Source of the DNA: a bacterium
GTDB taxonomy: Bacteria; JAMCPX01
Assembly: GCA_037439545.1 (NCBI GenBank)
Contig: JBBIVV010000013.1
Span: forward strand, 1 to 58,893
Reading direction: 5' to 3'
DNA length: 58,893 nucleotides
The translations under genes and the position numbers were made by a program. Numbering within the stretch: the first letter of the stretch is position 1; every line of letters starts with the position of its first letter. Below are positions 29,368-39,611 of this stretch, piece by piece. The notes beneath the pieces were generated by a model. The model was not told the origin of the DNA, did no database searches, and saw only the letters and a list, made by a program, of their open reading frames with translations.

Positions 29368-30759
29368 ATGGACACGAAGCTTTATACTATTATACTCGCT
29401 GCGGGAGAGGGTAAGAGGATGAAATCCGACATACCGAAGGTCTTTCACCCCATAGGGGGACTGCCGATGATAGAGTATGTATTGAGGCGCGCCATAGACC
29501 TCCATTCCGATAAGATCATAGTGGTCGTCGGCATAGGAAAGGATATCATAATGGGTTACATATCCAAGCGGTACGAAGATGCCATTTTTGCACACCAGAT
29601 CAAGCAGCTCGGCACTGCCGATGCCGTCAAGACAGCCATTGACGAACTGACCGATCTGGACGGTGATGTGCTTATCCTGAATGGCGATGTCCCGCTCCTG
29701 AGTCATGCGCTCATGGAAGATTTTTACGGACAGTATAAAAAATCAAAGGCGTCTCTCGGTTTCGTGACCGCTACTTTGGAGAATCCGTCGGGCTATGGCA
29801 GGGTTGTAAAGAAGGCGGGAAAATTCACTATTTTAGAGGAAAGGGACGCGGATGAAAAGATAAAAAAGATAAAAGAGATCAACGCAGGCATCTACCTTGT
29901 ATCGTGCAAACTTCTGGATAAGGCAATAAAGCGGGTAAAGCCGTCCGTGGTAACGGATGAATACTACCTTACGGATATCGTGGGACTCATTCAGTCAATG
30001 AAAAAAAAGGTCGTCAATTATCATACGGACAACGCGGAGCAGGTCATTGGAATAAATGACCGGAGATCACTTGCATATGCGGAGAAAATACTCAATCAAA
30101 AAAAGGTGAACAGGCTCATGGCAAACGGAGTCACCATATACGACCCTGACAACACCTACATCGAGCATGATGTTGCAATAGGCAAGGACAGCATCGTATA
30201 TCCAAACAGCTTTATCATGAACGGGACGAAAATCGGCAGCAGGTGCATCATATGGAACGGTACTGTTATCAAGGATTCCAAGATAAACGACGGCGTGGAG
30301 ATTAAGCCCTATTCCATCATAGAACAGAGTATCGTAGGCAGGGACGCTGTCATAGGTCCTTTTGCGAGGATCAGACCTGAAACCGTGGTCGATGATAATG
30401 TCCATGTAGGTAATTTTGTCGAAATAAAGAAATCATCCCTGGGCAAAGGGACCAAGGTAAATCATCTTTCCTACATCGGAGATGCAACCATCGGCAGCAG
30501 GGTTAACATCGGTGCAGGAACAATCACCTGCAATTACGACGGATTTAAAAAGAACCCAACGGTTATCGAAGACGAGGCTTTTATAGGCAGTAATACCGCT
30601 CTTGTCGCACCGGTGCGTATCGGCAGGGGTGCGATCGTCGGCGCTGCATCGGCTATTACAAAAGATGTGCCGCATGACGCACTCGGCATAGAACGCTCGG
30701 AGCAGAGAAACATAGAGGGATATGCAATGAAGAGAAGAAGCAAGCTCGGGAGCAAATAA
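29368..30759 (+). CDS. glmU: Bifunctional UDP-GlcNAc pyrophosphorylase/acetyltransferase
   Basis: LAAGEGKRMKS, QLGTADAV, EINAGIY, EYYLTD, hexapeptide repeats and GAGTITCNYDG. Confidence 0.97.
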   Translation: MDTKLYTIILAAGEGKRMKSDIPKVFHPIGGLPMIEYVLRRAIDLHSDKIIVVVGIGKDIIMGYISKRYEDAIFAHQIKQLGTADAVKTAIDELTDLDGDVLILNGDVPLLSHALMEDFYGQYKKSKASLGFVTATLENPSGYGRVVKKAGKFTILEERDADEKIKKIKEINAGIYLVSCKLLDKAIKRVKPSVVTDEYYLTDIVGLIQSMKKKVVNYHTDNAEQVIGINDRRSLAYAEKILNQKKVNRLMANGVTIYDPDNTYIEHDVAIGKDSIVYPNSFIMNGTKIGSRCIIWNGTVIKDSKINDGVEIKPYSIIEQSIVGRDAVIGPFARIRPETVVDDNVHVGNFVEIKKSSLGKGTKVNHLSYIGDATIGSRVNIGAGTITCNYDGFKKNPTVIEDEAFIGSNTALVAPVRIGRGAIVGAASAITKDVPHDALGIERSEQRNIEGYAMKRRSKLGSK

Positions 30760-32588
30760 TGTGCGGGATTGTCGGATATACAGGCAAAAGACATGCGCTC
30801 CCCATTATACTCGATGGCCTGAAAAGGCTTGAATACAGGGGATACGATTCTTCCGGGGTCGCAATCCTTACGGATACAGGACTCAATCTCAGGAGAAAAA
30901 AGGGCAAGATAAAGGACCTGGTGGAGCTTGTCGGGCACGAAACAATCAATGGAACGACAGGACTCGGGCATACCCGATGGGCAACGCACGGCAAGCCGTC
31001 CGACGAAAACGCACATCCTCACAGAGCTGGTGATATTGTCGTCGTGCATAACGGCATCATTGAAAACTACACGGAACTGAAAGCGGAGCTGAAAGGGAAA
31101 GGGCATCATTTCAAATCGGAAACCGATACGGAGATCATTGCACACTTGATAGAGGACCATATAAAATCGGGCGAATCTTTTGAGCAGGCGGTGCTGTCCT
31201 CCGTTCAGCAGCTCAAAGGGTCATTCGCGCTCGGCATCATGTACACGAAAGCTCCGGACAGGCTCATTGCGGTCAGGGAGGCAAGCCCCCTTGTCCTTGG
31301 TTTCGGCAACAACGAGAATATCTTTGCTTCGGACATGCCTGCGATTCTTCCCTACACGAACGAGATGCTGTTCTTGAACGACAACAACATAGCAGTCATA
31401 ACGGCATCGGATGTCAGGCTTATGGATTTTTCGGGCAAAAAACTGTCCGCAAAACCGAAGCACTTTGATATAAGTCCTGCAATGGCGGAAAAGGGCGGAT
31501 ACAAGCATTTTATGCAGAAGGAAATCTTTGAACAGCCGCAGGCAATAACAGACACCATGAGGGACCGTATCCTGTTTGATACAAAGAGTACAAACCTCAC
31601 GGAGATCGGCATGAAGGAAAAATTCTTCGATTCATTAAAAAGAATAAATTTCGTGGCGTGCGGAACATCATATCATGCAGGGCTTACCGGCAAATATATT
31701 ATAGAGGAAATGGCAGGCATACCGGTCGATGTGGATGTTGCGTCGGAATTCAGATACAAAACGCCCCTTGTAAGCAGTGAAACACTGACCATTGCCATAT
31801 CTCAATCCGGTGAAACGGCAGACACCCTTGCCGCTATAAGGCTTGCGCGCAAACACGGCAGTACGGTACTGAGCATCTGTAATGTCATAGACAGTACCAT
31901 TGCAAGGGAATCGGACCATGTCCTTTACACCCACGCGGGGCCTGAGATAAGCGTTGCTTCAACAAAGGCTTTTACCTCGCAACTCATGGCCATCTACCTC
32001 CTGGCTGTCCACATAGGCAGAAGGTTGAACAGGATTTCAAAACAACAGTCCATCCATTATATAGATACACTGATCGAGCTTCCCTCCCTGCTTGACGGCA
32101 TCCTCAAGCAGGAGGACTTGATCGTCGCTGTCGCAAAAGAGTATGCGAAGTACTCTGATTTCCTTTACCTTGGAAGGGGCATTAGCTATCCTGTTGCCCT
32201 TGAAGGCGCATTGAAGCTCAAGGAGATATCTTACATACATGCGGAAGGCTACCCTGCCGGAGAGATCAAGCACGGACCTATTGCGCTGGTAAGCCCGCAG
32301 ATGCCTGTGCTGTTCGTTGCCGTGCAGGGCAGGGTTTATGAAAAGATCAAAAACAACATTGAAGAGGTAAAGGCAAGGGATGGAAAGATCATAAGCATCA
32401 CCAATACCGACGGCAAAGGGATCCAAAAGCTTTCGGATGCATCCTTCCTTATCCCTGTAATCGATGAGATGTTTACACCGATCCTGACCATAGTGCCTCT
32501 CCAATTGTTTGCGTATCATATCGCCGTGCTGAACGGTACCGATGTAGACCAGCCTAAAAACCTCGCCAAGAGCGTTACTGTGGAATAA
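30759..32588 (+). CDS. glmS: Glutamine--fructose-6-phosphate aminotransferase
   Basis: MCGIVG, LEYRGYDS, GHTRWATHG, SQSGETAD and NLAKSVTVE motifs. Confidence 0.98.
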   Translation: MCGIVGYTGKRHALPIILDGLKRLEYRGYDSSGVAILTDTGLNLRRKKGKIKDLVELVGHETINGTTGLGHTRWATHGKPSDENAHPHRAGDIVVVHNGIIENYTELKAELKGKGHHFKSETDTEIIAHLIEDHIKSGESFEQAVLSSVQQLKGSFALGIMYTKAPDRLIAVREASPLVLGFGNNENIFASDMPAILPYTNEMLFLNDNNIAVITASDVRLMDFSGKKLSAKPKHFDISPAMAEKGGYKHFMQKEIFEQPQAITDTMRDRILFDTKSTNLTEIGMKEKFFDSLKRINFVACGTSYHAGLTGKYIIEEMAGIPVDVDVASEFRYKTPLVSSETLTIAISQSGETADTLAAIRLARKHGSTVLSICNVIDSTIARESDHVLYTHAGPEISVASTKAFTSQLMAIYLLAVHIGRRLNRISKQQSIHYIDTLIELPSLLDGILKQEDLIVAVAKEYAKYSDFLYLGRGISYPVALEGALKLKEISYIHAEGYPAGEIKHGPIALVSPQMPVLFVAVQGRVYEKIKNNIEEVKARDGKIISITNTDGKGIQKLSDASFLIPVIDEMFTPILTIVPLQLFAYHIAVLNGTDVDQPKNLAKSVTVE

Positions 32589-33739
32589 TGGAACATACAG
32601 GCATACTCTTTGCATTTTTTTTAATCTTTGTAAGTGCCAAGCTCTTCAATTACCTCTTTCAGAAGATCCACCTGCCGCCGATGATAGGGGAGATCTTTGC
32701 CGGGTTTATCATAGGCGCCGGAGGCCTGCATCTTATAAAAGAAACGCCTGTCCTCGATGCATTTTCAGAACTCGGGGCAATGATGCTCCTGTTCGTGGTC
32801 GGTCTCCATACGAGATTAAAAGAAATTTTGAAGATCGGCATCGATGCAACGGTCGTCGCTGTCCTGGGTGTTGCCCTGCCCATGGTACTTGGCTATTTCT
32901 TCATCATCCATACAGGGCACAGAGGCATTGAAGCTCTTTTTGTTGCGACAGCACTTGTCGCAACATCAGTCGGCATCACGGCGCGGGTATTGAAAGACAT
33001 GAAGCTTGAACATACGGTATCGGCAAAGATTATACTTGGTGCCGCTGTTGCCGATGACATCCTCGGACTTCTTGTCCTTGCCGCGGTGACCGGTGAGACA
33101 AACGGCATGGTCAATAGTTACAAACTCATTTCCCTGTTTGTCGTCTCAGTCCTTTTTATAGCGGGCGTCTTTCTCATAGGGAGCCGTTCTGTAAAAATAC
33201 TGAAGTCAAGACTTGAAAAAATGAAGGTCGAGAAAAATGAATTTATCCTGAGTTTGACATTTCTCCTTGGCCTTGCGTATCTGACATCTTCTATCGGTAT
33301 GGCAAGCATTGTCGGCGCTTTCTTTGCAGGACTCCTGATGGCAGAACTCGAGGACCAGCACCTGTCCGATATGTTTGATTCGATCTATGAATTTCTGGTC
33401 CCATTCTTTTTCGTTATGATAGGTATGAAGATCCAGCCGGAGCTGCTTATCAGATCCGATATTTTATTCGTAGCCGTTATCTACAGTCTTATAGCCATTG
33501 TCAGTAAATACATCGGATGCGGGGCAGGCGCCGCACGATACGGGTCCCGCGTCATGAACTTTGTGGGGCTGGGCATGATTCCGAGGGGTGAGGTGGGTAT
33601 GATCGTTGCACTCATAGGACTGAACATGGGTGCTATAACCGGCAGTGCATACGCCATGATCATCTTTATGGTCATTGTTACGACTATCATTACCCCGTTC
33701 CTTCTTTCTTTTTTCTCAAAACACTGGCAGGTGAAGTAG
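32588..33739 (+). CDS. Cation:proton antiporter (CPA2/NapA family)
   Basis: ATSVGIT, GAAVADDILG, GAFFAG and GMIPRGEVG motifs; many TM segments. Confidence 0.92.
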   Translation: MEHTGILFAFFLIFVSAKLFNYLFQKIHLPPMIGEIFAGFIIGAGGLHLIKETPVLDAFSELGAMMLLFVVGLHTRLKEILKIGIDATVVAVLGVALPMVLGYFFIIHTGHRGIEALFVATALVATSVGITARVLKDMKLEHTVSAKIILGAAVADDILGLLVLAAVTGETNGMVNSYKLISLFVVSVLFIAGVFLIGSRSVKILKSRLEKMKVEKNEFILSLTFLLGLAYLTSSIGMASIVGAFFAGLLMAELEDQHLSDMFDSIYEFLVPFFFVMIGMKIQPELLIRSDILFVAVIYSLIAIVSKYIGCGAGAARYGSRVMNFVGLGMIPRGEVGMIVALIGLNMGAITGSAYAMIIFMVIVTTIITPFLLSFFSKHWQVK

Positions 33740-33754
33740 GACCACGCGAAGGTA

Positions 33755-33780
33755 GGGGCGGAGGTTCCCCGCTTTTTTTT
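33755..33780 (+). terminator. Possible intrinsic terminator of the argD-antiporter run
   Basis: Short GC-rich stem followed by a T8 run, between convergent genes. Confidence 0.4.
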
Positions 33781-34846
33781 ATAATGCGGAATTGCGGTCC
33801 GGTTTATGAACGGACGCTATATGCAATGGATTGATATACGACCTGTAGGTAATACCGTACGATGTCCTTATCGCCTCGGGGACCACGAGAAAATTGAACA
33901 CCGGTCCTTGTTCGATGGTAATGTCCGTGTACTTGTCTCTTGTAAGTTCTCCATCGAGGGCATACCCGCATTCTGCTTTTATCTGTACTTGCCTTGCCGT
34001 TCCGTTGAATGCCCTCGGAGGGATCTGTTTGCCTGTTGAGAACGCCCTCAGATTTCTTATGACGACCCATGGGTCTGAAGCTGCCGCCAGAAAATAAAAA
34101 CTGTTAACACCTTTCGTATCAGGGCTGTAAAATGGCCGGAACCATAACAAAAGCCTCTGGAATACTCCGGCAATCGTCATAAGGTACTTTTCTTCGGGAT
34201 ACTTCTTCCCGTCTATGTAAATGTCCGCATTGAACTTGCTGTAGTATTTTCTTATCCTCGGATTCCCTATCATATAGCCGCCGATCGTTGTCGTAATCAG
34301 GTTGACAACCGTGCTGAAGGTAGGGTTTTCCTGCTTTGTAAAAAGATCCTGAATCTTATATACGATTCCATTGGTAAAGGCAAAACCGTACTTAATCCCG
34401 TTGCTTTTATCCGTAATTTTTAGCGGCATTACCGGCAGGAGCTGCATGGTCTCTTCTTCTTTGCCGTAAGCATCCAGGTAATGCATAAGTATTCTGACCG
34501 CATCGAGCGGATTTTTCCTGACCCCCATGTTGCCGGCAATCATGTTTGAAGTGCCGCCCCGCAGGGGGACGATGATCGGCAGGTCTTTTTCAGGCAGATT
34601 TTTTATCAACTCGGTAACGAGCCTCTGTAACGTCCCGTCTCCTCCATTGATCATCAAAAGGTTTACCCCTTCTTCCTTTATGAGGTGTAGTGCGGACGGC
34701 AGGTCCGATAGCGAATAGACATCGATAATCTTGCAGGTAGTATCGCTTGCAGCGGGAATAAAGGACAGGAATTTGTCTTTATTGTATTTATAACGCTTAT
34801 TTTTTCCGGAGTTCATATTGTTAAAGATTGCACACCTTAACTTCAT
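33779..34846 (-). CDS. Diacylglycerol-kinase-family protein
   Basis: N-SG, INGGDGT, GGTSNMIA and ALDGE motifs. Confidence 0.8.
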   Translation of the reverse strand: MKLRCAIFNNMNSGKNKRYKYNKDKFLSFIPAASDTTCKIIDVYSLSDLPSALHLIKEEGVNLLMINGGDGTLQRLVTELIKNLPEKDLPIIVPLRGGTSNMIAGNMGVRKNPLDAVRILMHYLDAYGKEEETMQLLPVMPLKITDKSNGIKYGFAFTNGIVYKIQDLFTKQENPTFSTVVNLITTTIGGYMIGNPRIRKYYSKFNADIYIDGKKYPEEKYLMTIAGVFQRLLLWFRPFYSPDTKGVNSFYFLAAASDPWVVIRNLRAFSTGKQIPPRAFNGTARQVQIKAECGYALDGELTRDKYTDITIEQGPVFNFLVVPEAIRTSYGITYRSYINPLHIASVHKPDRNSAL

Positions 34847-34895
34847 AAAATCTCCTTTAAAAAAAGGTTACAAAACTATTTATAAAAAATCAAAT

Positions 34896-34932
34896 AAAAA
34901 AGGCAACACCTCTGAAAACAGAGGTGTTGCCT
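34896..34932 (-). terminator. Rho-independent terminator of the cyc2-containing operon
   Basis: Perfect 14-bp stem aggcaacacctctg/cagaggtgttgcct with a 4-nt loop, followed on the minus strand by a T run, 16 bp after the cyc2 stop. Confidence 0.88.
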
Positions 34933-34948
34933 GAAATAAGTTAACCTC

Positions 34949-36376
34949 TTAGAACAGATATTCGAGTTTTACCGCAGCTACATTGAAATCGCCCGCTGAA
35001 AGGCTGCTATTCCCATACTGTGCAGCTCCCACATTGTACTTGCTGAATATAGATTCCTCAATCAGCAGATTTACATTCTGAAATGCGTACCATGAGAGTC
35101 CAACAACCATTCCTGACAGATCGACGTCCTGCACCTGGGATGAACTACGGGAGAAATACTTAAAGTATGCGCCGTATGTCCTCTTATAATAATAATCAGC
35201 CATCAGTCCAATGCCGGTTCTTGAAACACTGGTGCCGTTGGCCGTATAGGGGTTTCCGTCAAATGCATCTGTACCGTAAAATTTGTTATCATTGTCATTC
35301 TGATAAACTATAAACAATTCGGCAAGATTATTGTCCGTTATCATCTGCACCTGTGCATCTATGCCATAATTGTAATAGTTATCCTTGTAATTCCCGATTG
35401 TTGAAGTAGTCGGTGCTTGCATGCTTTCTGTGCCGAAATAGCTGTATGCGCCCACTTCAGCGTAGACGTTGCTTAATTCCGGCAGATAATAGGCAAGACG
35501 CAAAGCCCCATCTTCACTGGCTGTCCCAAGAAAAGAGCCGCTTCCAGCTACATTACCCTGAACAAAGTTGTTCCCTGTCTGAGACAGTGTCGGGTGGTAC
35601 ACGCCTAAACTTGCGTAAACGCCGCCTGCATTAAAATCACCCCACATGCCATACAGCTCTCCGCCTTCCAGTTTTGCTGTGTTGGGATCAAAGAGCGTAT
35701 TATGGGTACTCATGGCCATAAGTGTCGATGTCAATCCCCACATACCGAATGTGTTTGAAGGATCACCCATATCCATTGCATCTTCGGCCCTCACACCATA
35801 TATGAGCCGTTTATCACCTATTGTAGTATCATTGCCGACAAGCGCAAGATCAAAAATACCGAGACCGAGACTTCCGCCTCCATCATCAATACCGGTCAGC
35901 TCGAGGAATGTACCGAGGTTGGATGTAATCTTGCCTGCTACGTACACACTTGAATCGCCGACAAGGTTCAACACATCTGATCCTCCGTAACCTGATGGAT
36001 AAGAAATAAAGTCCTGACCTGCCGTTACAACTCCTCCGGGAACGGTATGTTCTCCGCCTGCCTGGTTGTCCCATCTCGAAACTATCCTTACAGAAACCAT
36101 CGGAATTTTATTGATCTCGAGTCCCGGCATGTTGCTTGCCGAAGAATCCGATTTAACTGCATCTGATGTATCCATGGTATATCCATGCAGTTTAAAATCC
36201 CTGCCGAACGGCGTAAGATGCGGAAACACAGTGTGACATACATCGCATGAAAACCCCGTCTGTCTTGCAAAACTTGGAATGGCATGTGCATTTTTCACCC
36301 CTGATATGCTCACCGCAACGCCCAATCCAATCGCCCAAACCAAAACACTTACCCTCTGCAAACCTTTTTTCTTCAT
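34949..36376 (-). CDS. cyc2: Cyc2-like fused monoheme cytochrome c-porin (candidate outer-membrane iron oxidase)
   Basis: Signal peptide AHA| then IPSFARQTGFSCDVCHTVFPHLTPFGRDFKLHGY, the Cyc2 N-terminal signature. Single CxxCH, Gly/aromatic beta-strand-like body, C-terminal Phe (LEYLF), 475 aa. Confidence 0.85.
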   Translation of the reverse strand: MKKKGLQRVSVLVWAIGLGVAVSISGVKNAHAIPSFARQTGFSCDVCHTVFPHLTPFGRDFKLHGYTMDTSDAVKSDSSASNMPGLEINKIPMVSVRIVSRWDNQAGGEHTVPGGVVTAGQDFISYPSGYGGSDVLNLVGDSSVYVAGKITSNLGTFLELTGIDDGGGSLGLGIFDLALVGNDTTIGDKRLIYGVRAEDAMDMGDPSNTFGMWGLTSTLMAMSTHNTLFDPNTAKLEGGELYGMWGDFNAGGVYASLGVYHPTLSQTGNNFVQGNVAGSGSFLGTASEDGALRLAYYLPELSNVYAEVGAYSYFGTESMQAPTTSTIGNYKDNYYNYGIDAQVQMITDNNLAELFIVYQNDNDNKFYGTDAFDGNPYTANGTSVSRTGIGLMADYYYKRTYGAYFKYFSRSSSQVQDVDLSGMVVGLSWYAFQNVNLLIEESIFSKYNVGAAQYGNSSLSAGDFNVAAVKLEYLF

Positions 36377-36428
36377 TAATCTCCTCCTTAAAAAATTAGA
36401 TTTATGAACAGTATAACTTTTACTCCTC

Positions 36429-36830
36429 CTATTGCTTGTCCCCGGTACAGCTTCTGGTTACCGAACAAACGTCGCTTCCATTCAGCATCAAATAAACGGC
36501 GATTGAAAAAAATGCTATGTGTTCGAGTATATCGCCATAATCATGTATGCCAAGTGTGAACATAACGCCGATAAGCCATAGACCTGCATATACCGCGACA
36601 TACTCCGTATAAACGCCCAATATCATGAGCAGGGAAATCATACCATCGCTGAATCCGATAAAATGAACAAAAGTAACGGCACTTACCGGTAGAAAGTGTA
36701 TCACGAACGAGCCGTTCAACAGCTTGACGAACTCATCAGGAGCAAGGAATGCCTGTAAAGAATTTGCCAGAAACGCGCATGCAATGCCTATCCTTAAAAT
36801 TAAGGACTCATAATCTCTTAATGTTTTCAT
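36429..36830 (-). CDS. DoxX-like small membrane protein
   Basis: LILRIGIA start and four hydrophobic segments; inside the operon. Confidence 0.6.
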   Translation of the reverse strand: MKTLRDYESLILRIGIACAFLANSLQAFLAPDEFVKLLNGSFVIHFLPVSAVTFVHFIGFSDGMISLLMILGVYTEYVAVYAGLWLIGVMFTLGIHDYGDILEHIAFFSIAVYLMLNGSDVCSVTRSCTGDKQ

Positions 36831-36866
36831 GTTTTCCCTCCAACTATTTTATGATCTTTCCTTACT

Positions 36867-37739
36867 TTATTTGCCGGGATCTTTCGAGCTTACACCTGTT
36901 CTTGGTGTATATTCATAAGGCAGACTTACCTTCTTCCAGCTCAGCACGAGTATTGTCAGTGCCCGTGCCTGTTCATCCGTAAAGCCAAAATTCGGCATTA
37001 AACTGCCTTTTGTGACGGCTGAAGGGTCCTTGAAATGCTGGTACATCCAGTTAAACACGGTCTTCGGACCCTGCTCGATATTTGAGAAATCGAATATCTC
37101 CGGATTTTTATCGCCTTCAAAAGTCAGATCAGGCCCTATCCTGCCGCCCTGACCATTTATTATGTGGCATGCCGAGCAATTCTTTTCTTTGACCAGTTCT
37201 TCCGCCTGATTGATATAATCCATCCATGCTACATTCTGATTGTCCCTGTGACAGGCATTGCAGTTAATCTCCATGATATGCTCCGGGTGTTCCAGTCCGT
37301 ATTTTTCGCCAAGTTTCTTGTCGAGAAGCGGCTCGTCCCAATGTGTTACAAGCCCATGCGCATCCTTTACATCTGTCGCATATCCCTGGCCGCCATGACA
37401 TATAGTGCAGCCATAGTTCGAAAATTTATGATACTTCATGATGGGGAGATCCGGATGCGATGCAAACGGCTGCGAAACTTTCTCAAGCCCGGGTATATCA
37501 TACCCCTGATGACAGGTGGTGCACCGGTCAACTCTATTCAGGGACGGCAGGTATATCTGCTGTATACCTTTATCAATCGTGCGTGCCCTTTCCTGCCCGA
37601 TAGACAAGTCTGCTATCTTTATAAACCTGGTTTGATACTGTTTCCATTCGGGATGATTTTCCTTGTAAATAACGACAAGGGTAAGCAGAAACAACGATAC
37701 AGCACCTATAAACAATACTACCGGATCTTTTTTTAACAT
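36867..37739 (-). CDS. Membrane-anchored tetraheme cytochrome c (Rieske/cytb-associated)
   Basis: Start moved to ATG 37739 after GAGGAGG. N-terminal TM; CTTCH, CTICH, CNACH, CSACH; last domain class-I-like (GPDL...LMPNF). Confidence 0.9.
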   Translation of the reverse strand: MLKKDPVVLFIGAVSLFLLTLVVIYKENHPEWKQYQTRFIKIADLSIGQERARTIDKGIQQIYLPSLNRVDRCTTCHQGYDIPGLEKVSQPFASHPDLPIMKYHKFSNYGCTICHGGQGYATDVKDAHGLVTHWDEPLLDKKLGEKYGLEHPEHIMEINCNACHRDNQNVAWMDYINQAEELVKEKNCSACHIINGQGGRIGPDLTFEGDKNPEIFDFSNIEQGPKTVFNWMYQHFKDPSAVTKGSLMPNFGFTDEQARALTILVLSWKKVSLPYEYTPRTGVSSKDPGK

Positions 37740-37756
37740 ATATAATTCCTCCTCGC

Positions 37757-39082
37757 TTAGAACCTTGCCGGCATCTTTATCCACTGCTGCCAGGGCATAT
37801 AAAGGTGCCATGACGGGCCCCTCATGACTGCACCCACATAAATCAATGCAATGATTATGAAACAGATCAGCAGAAACAGGGCATTCTGAAATCTTCTGCT
37901 CTTGTGGAACCACACACCAATGGCTTCATCCGGGCTCTTGTCCATAAGGGGCCAGGCAACCGCGAATGCGAGCAAAACAGTCGGGATGAGTATTCCTCCA
38001 ATGAGTCCGCCGCTTATGGTAAACGACCTTGTCCTTATGGTTGTGTCGGCAACGAGTTCCTGAAGCCACAAAAAATACCAAGGTGCTTTTGCCGGGTTCG
38101 GCGTCCACATCAGACTTGCAGCTTCTTCAAGCGGGGCTTTTATAAAGAGCGCGAGACCCATGGTAATGGCGGTAACAAGAATAAAGATCATGATTATCCT
38201 TCGGGTTAAGTACGGTGAAGCGTTCACCGATGCGCCCCTTACCCTGTATTGGGTTATCGTCGGTGTAATTCCTGTTACTATTCCCATCAGGCTGTATGTT
38301 TTACCTTTTGCAACTACTTTATCCTGCATGATCCGCTCTGTGCCGAGTGCTTCTACTCCGGCCAGCCCACCGTCTTTCCGAATCCTCCACATGTGCCACA
38401 GTATCAATAAAAATATTATTACCGGCAGGAGAAACACGTGTGCGACATACCATCGTATCAGTGTGTTTTGATCGATGATTGTACCGCCGATCAATATCTT
38501 GCTGATGGCTGACCCCACGAGAGGTGCCGATAGGGCAATGTGATCGCCGATCGTTATTGCCCACAGGGCAAGCTGGTCCCACGGGAGCAGATAACCGGTA
38601 TACGACAGCACCATGGTGACGAGGAGCAGGGAAATGCCTATCCACCAGTTAAGCGGCCGGTAGCTTCCGACTATCTTCTCACTGTGCTTATAGGCACCTG
38701 TCAGAAAAACCCTCATAAGGTGCAGAAATACTGCTGCCACCATTAAATGGGCTGCCACTCTGTGAAGATCGCGTATAAACCATCCGTACGAAACGACGAA
38801 GTTTAAATCTTTAATACTCCAATACGCCCTTTCTACGGACGGAACATACAAAAACATCAGAATAAGGCCTGTTATGGTCAGTATCACAAACAATGCAAGT
38901 ATTATCGTCCCAAGGACCATCGAATAGCTGAAGGAAATGCTCTTCGTTGTTACTTTTGCAGGAAACCAGTGAAGTATGAAATTCCGGACCGTTGAGTCAG
39001 ATGCTTCCCTTTCTGTTTCCGGGGTGTACGTCCACGTCAGTTTTCTTATGATTTTTTTTAACTTTTCTTTCATCTCAGCCAC
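37757..39082 (-). CDS. Cytochrome b (b6 + subunit IV fused) of Rieske/cytb complex 1
   Basis: LHRVAAH...FLH, TGYLLPWDQ, VAH-x14-H and Qo-like NPAKAPWYF. Confidence 0.92.
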   Translation of the reverse strand: MAEMKEKLKKIIRKLTWTYTPETEREASDSTVRNFILHWFPAKVTTKSISFSYSMVLGTIILALFVILTITGLILMFLYVPSVERAYWSIKDLNFVVSYGWFIRDLHRVAAHLMVAAVFLHLMRVFLTGAYKHSEKIVGSYRPLNWWIGISLLLVTMVLSYTGYLLPWDQLALWAITIGDHIALSAPLVGSAISKILIGGTIIDQNTLIRWYVAHVFLLPVIIFLLILWHMWRIRKDGGLAGVEALGTERIMQDKVVAKGKTYSLMGIVTGITPTITQYRVRGASVNASPYLTRRIIMIFILVTAITMGLALFIKAPLEEAASLMWTPNPAKAPWYFLWLQELVADTTIRTRSFTISGGLIGGILIPTVLLAFAVAWPLMDKSPDEAIGVWFHKSRRFQNALFLLICFIIIALIYVGAVMRGPSWHLYMPWQQWIKMPARF

Positions 39083-39083
39083 C

Positions 39084-39611
39084 TCATACCTTTAATCTGA
39101 AGTTATGATCGACCGTCGTATTCGTATCAACGACGATCTGCCCGTCCGGCGCCATATAAAGCTTGAACCACGGGAGCGGCAGCGGTGCCGGCCCTGCATA
39201 AATATTCCCGTTCTCCCTGTATTTTGAACCATGACAGGGGCAATGAAATTCATAGGTCTCGGATACGGGTTTACCGGAAGATGAATCATAGGTCTTCGGC
39301 GGTGAGTACTGTGCAAGATTCACGGTACATCCAAGATGCGTACAAATGGCCGATATTCCGTGGAACATATCACCGTTTCTTATAATAAACAGCCGGTGCT
39401 CGGGCATAAACCTTACTCCTTCAGGAAAATCTGCCGGCATACCGATTTTAAATTTTGTCGGCGGTTCGTAAAGTACCTTTGGGAAAAGTGATTTCAAAGC
39501 CGCATAGCCCTGCAGCAAAAAACCTCCTGCTATGAAAGACCCGCCAAGATATGACAGGAATTTTCTTCTCGAAACCGGCGGCAGCTTTTCCTCTTCTTTA
39601 TTTTCCTGCAT
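39084..39611 (-). CDS. Rieske 2Fe-2S protein of complex 1
   Basis: Tat motif SRRKFL; CTHLGC and CPCHGSKY boxes; GPAPLPL. Confidence 0.95.
   Translation of the reverse strand: MQENKEEEKLPPVSRRKFLSYLGGSFIAGGFLLQGYAALKSLFPKVLYEPPTKFKIGMPADFPEGVRFMPEHRLFIIRNGDMFHGISAICTHLGCTVNLAQYSPPKTYDSSSGKPVSETYEFHCPCHGSKYRENGNIYAGPAPLPLPWFKLYMAPDGQIVVDTNTTVDHNFRLKV

Noticed and set aside
32540..32620. Tn7-like insertion at the attTn7 site downstream of glmS
   Set aside because: The antiporter start overlaps the glmS stop; no transposon ends or tns genes follow.
37740..37913. Cys/His-rich N-terminal extension of the tetraheme cytochrome ORF
   Set aside because: It overlaps the cyt b gene in another frame; a strong RBS precedes ATG 37739.
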